This document shows positions 33,519 to 34,968 of a DNA stretch of 34,968 bases, piece after piece; positions within the stretch are counted from its first letter, which is position 1, and each line of letters opens with the position of its first letter. The DNA lies in the IMG/VR virus record IMGVR_UViG_3300019468_000021. One strand, 5' to 3'. The position numbers and the translations under genes were made by a program. The notes under the pieces are model-generated. The model saw only the letters and a list, made by a program, of their open reading frames with translations. It made no database searches and had not been told where the DNA came from. The DNA is from a virus.

Positions 33519-33773
33519 TTATCTCTTTCTCGGAACAGGACTCGGAGAATTATCAGCCGCATTCCCAGTCAATCCGATTCCTGGGCCTGTGGTCCTATCG
33601 GGACTCGGTGTCACTCCCGGACCGTGCTCCTTATCCTCCTCACCTTTACCGTGATTGTAGCCAAGAGGTCCTTTGCTATTATCTACTTTACCTTCACTCG
33701 GTACAGGAACAGTCTGATTCTTCTCATCCTCTTTGATTCCGTTATACGTCCAACTTGCTTTTTTCTTAATCAT
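33519..33773 (-). CDS. Small Gly/Pro-rich, predicted-disordered protein between holin and endolysin
   Basis: 84 aa, SD agagaggagaaaagattATG, no hydrophobic segment. The competing plus-strand ORFs lack SDs. The coding call is uncertain because of low-complexity composition. Confidence 0.4.
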   Translation of the reverse strand: MIKKKASWTYNGIKEDEKNQTVPVPSEGKVDNSKGPLGYNHGKGEEDKEHGPGVTPSPDRTTGPGIGLTGNAADNSPSPVPRKR

Positions 33774-33796
33774 AATCTTTTCTCCTCTCTATAAAA

Positions 33797-33900
33797 ACAA
33801 ATTTTTCAATGTTGGCCAAACTCAAATTCCTTGAAAGTGGCTCCCAGTCTTGCGGGCCAACATCTTGACTTCCACAAATTTTCCAATGTTGGCCAAACTC
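33797..33900. repeat. Two 27-bp direct repeats flanking an inverted 9-mer in the holin-downstream intergenic region
   Basis: acaaattttYcaatgttggccaaactc at 33797-33823 and 33874-33900 (26/27 identical, each containing the palindrome TTGGCCAA). ggccaacat at 33855-33863 is the inverse of atgttggcc. Confidence 0.8.
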
Positions 33901-33904
33901 TAAA

Positions 33905-34162
33905 TTAAAATAGTTTCTTGCCGACCTGATTTGCACCCGTGCTGGCCAAACCGGATACAATCCCGATTGCGATTGCATTGATAACATCTTTTGCCGGAAA
34001 GTCCGGCATAGTCATCATGGCGATAACGCCTAAGACCGCTCCGATAACACCGCACACAACAGGGATGTACTTGTCATTAAGTGTATCTGCCGCTTTCCAT
34101 CCCATACCCACAAGGTATGCGATAACCGTAATACCAACTACACTTGTAATTCCAAAATCCAT
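33905..34162 (-). CDS. Holin (three-TM, Hol44 / phage_holin_5-like)
   Basis: 85 aa. Three hydrophobic helices (GITSVVGITVIAYLVGMGW, YIPVVCGVIGAVLGVIAMM, INAIAIGIVSGLASTGANQV), a basic C terminus, and a lysis-cassette position. Confidence 0.75.
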   Translation of the reverse strand: MDFGITSVVGITVIAYLVGMGWKAADTLNDKYIPVVCGVIGAVLGVIAMMTMPDFPAKDVINAIAIGIVSGLASTGANQVGKKLF

Positions 34163-34180
34163 TTTCTTTTCCTCTCTTTC

Positions 34181-34660
34181 TTAATATGAAAAATCATTTT
34201 TTCTTGACCGCTCATCATACGCATCATTGATAAGCTTTTGCGCACTCACGGTATTATGATTCTTAAAATCCAGATGGCTTCGACAATACCTGTCATAAGT
34301 GTCAATATCCGTAAATATTTGCACATAGCTTTCTCTGCTGTGGACCTGTTTCCCTATAATTTCATCAGCGAAACGCAAAATCCTAACCCTTGCGGCTATA
34401 GCTCTTGTTTCTGCAACCGACTCAGCAACCGCTTCAATCTTGTCACTCAGTACATCAACTCGGTCAACTAAAGCTTTCTGAGATTCTGAAAATTCCTTTG
34501 TCAGTATCTTCCCGATAAAGGTAAAGAGTGCCGTCCAAGGTTTCTTGTCCTTCGGTCCAAACTTTTCCACAAAGGTGATAATACCGAGAAATATCCACCC
34601 CAACGATTGAATAATTACACCAAAATCCACCAAACTGAAAAAAGCATTAAAATCTATCAT
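34181..34660 (-). CDS. Membrane-anchored coiled-coil protein, function unknown (lysis-cassette neighbour)
   Basis: 159 aa. N-terminal hydrophobic segments (FFSLVDFGVIIQSLGWIFLGIITFV), then a helical region. ATGA overlap with the upstream XkdX-like ORF. Confidence 0.6.
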   Translation of the reverse strand: MIDFNAFFSLVDFGVIIQSLGWIFLGIITFVEKFGPKDKKPWTALFTFIGKILTKEFSESQKALVDRVDVLSDKIEAVAESVAETRAIAARVRILRFADEIIGKQVHSRESYVQIFTDIDTYDRYCRSHLDFKNHNTVSAQKLINDAYDERSRKNDFSY

Positions 34661-34812
34661 TCATCTCTTACTCCTTTCTCAGCTACCTCTGCTGCGATTT
34701 TTAAAATTTCAGCTTCTTCCTCCTTGGAAATCCAACCTTCCGACACAGCCTTATCCAAGATTCGTTTATTTAGTTTCCCTCTGCCGGCCATTCTTTTTAG
34801 ATACTCAAGCAT
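34657..34812 (-). CDS. XkdX-like small protein (51 aa, not in the ORF track)
   Basis: SD aggaggtgagtaagtATG. Hand translation MLEYLKRMAGRGKLNKRILDKAVSEGWISKEEEAEILKIAAEVAEKGVRDE. The G.l.k..l...V..G.Is.ee..eI pattern and the position after the tail fibres resemble XkdX. Confidence 0.5.
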   Translation of the reverse strand: MLEYLKRMAGRGKLNKRILDKAVSEGWISKEEEAEILKIAAEVAEKGVRDE

Positions 34813-34814
34813 AC

Positions 34815-34968
34815 TTACTCACCTCCTAAGCTCTTAAGCATAAGCTGGTCCAGTACTTCCTCCAACTCCTCGTTTCGCTTCTTCAGCTCTGCAATCTGCT
34901 CTGCCGGTGTCGGGATGTACTCTGCAGGAGCCTCACCGATACGGACATAAGTTAACTTTCCTTGCTCA
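34815..34968 (-). CDS. 3' end of the junction-spanning gene (same gene as 1..348)
   Basis: 34842-34968 duplicates 1-127. The frame continues ...LDQLMLKSLGGE to a TAA at 34817-34815. Confidence 0.7.
   Translation of the reverse strand, partial: EQGKLTYVRIGEAPAEYIPTPAEQIAELKKRNEELEEVLDQLMLKSLGGE
34842..34968. repeat. Terminal direct repeat, copy 2
   Basis: Identical to nt 1-127. Confidence 0.95.

Larger units (their letters stand above)
1..34968. mobile_element. Complete temperate siphovirus-like phage genome (circular contig with 127-bp end overlap)
   Basis: Full set of packaging, head, neck, tail, lysis, lysogeny and replication modules. Identical 127-nt ends. Integrase plus attP-like tRNA fragment. 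Confidence 0.9.

Noticed and set aside
33766-33987. 73-aa minus-strand ORF overlapping the holin 3' end and the repeat region.
   Set aside because: It overlaps the well-supported holin in another frame, has no SD, and most of it is the intergenic repeat array.

Overview
This window is a complete, circularly closed genome of a temperate siphovirus-like phage or excised prophage. The host looks Gram-positive and Clostridia/Lachnospiraceae-like. The first 127 nt are identical to the last 127 nt, so the unique length is 34,841 bp, and one gene is split by the junction. Nearly all genes lie on the minus strand as one tightly packed series with AGGAGG-type ribosome binding sites and many ATGA/TAATG start-stop overlaps. 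Only the lysogeny module (29862-32315) is on the plus strand.

In transcription order on the minus strand:
- Early region: Cro-like HTH (start 29682), small early ORFs, an Ant antirepressor with an overlapping RHH mini-gene, then HTH and membrane ORFs.
- Replication cassette: DUF2800 nuclease, DUF2815 SSB-like protein, family A DNA polymerase, VirE-type primase/helicase, an AT-rich GGTAACC iteron region, VRR-NUC and an SNF2 helicase.
- Late region: sigma-region-4-like late regulator, TerS, TerL, portal, MuF, scaffold, major capsid, four neck proteins, major tail, two chaperone-like genes, tape measure, Dit, Gp37-like, BppU-like and a glycine-rich fibre.
- A RelE/RHH toxin-antitoxin moron.
- Lysis region: the junction-spanning ORF, an XkdX-like ORF, a membrane protein, holin, a small disordered ORF and the endolysin.

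On the plus strand: cI-like repressor, a degenerate ImmA-like ORF, a HicB-like ORF, DUF2442 and a tyrosine integrase, followed by an attP region holding a tRNA 3' fragment. I found no rRNA, no complete tRNA and no CRISPR array.

Most worth following up:
1. The MuF head protein carries a C-terminal DUF6883-like module. It is followed by a DUF4926-like mini-gene with its own terminator, which makes a candidate virion-associated toxin/immunity pair.
2. The endolysin catalytic domain looks like a circularly permuted CHAP domain.
3. The attP has 21-bp tandem arm-type repeats flanking a tRNA-fragment core.
4. The lysis cassette is interrupted by a 27-bp repeat pair, a disordered ORF and a terminator.
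5. The ImmA-like protein has HAYVH in place of HEXXH, and a P22 immI-like Ant/RHH unit is also present.

All family names come from my own reading of the translated ORFs by motif recognition. No database search was run, so they need HMM or structure confirmation.
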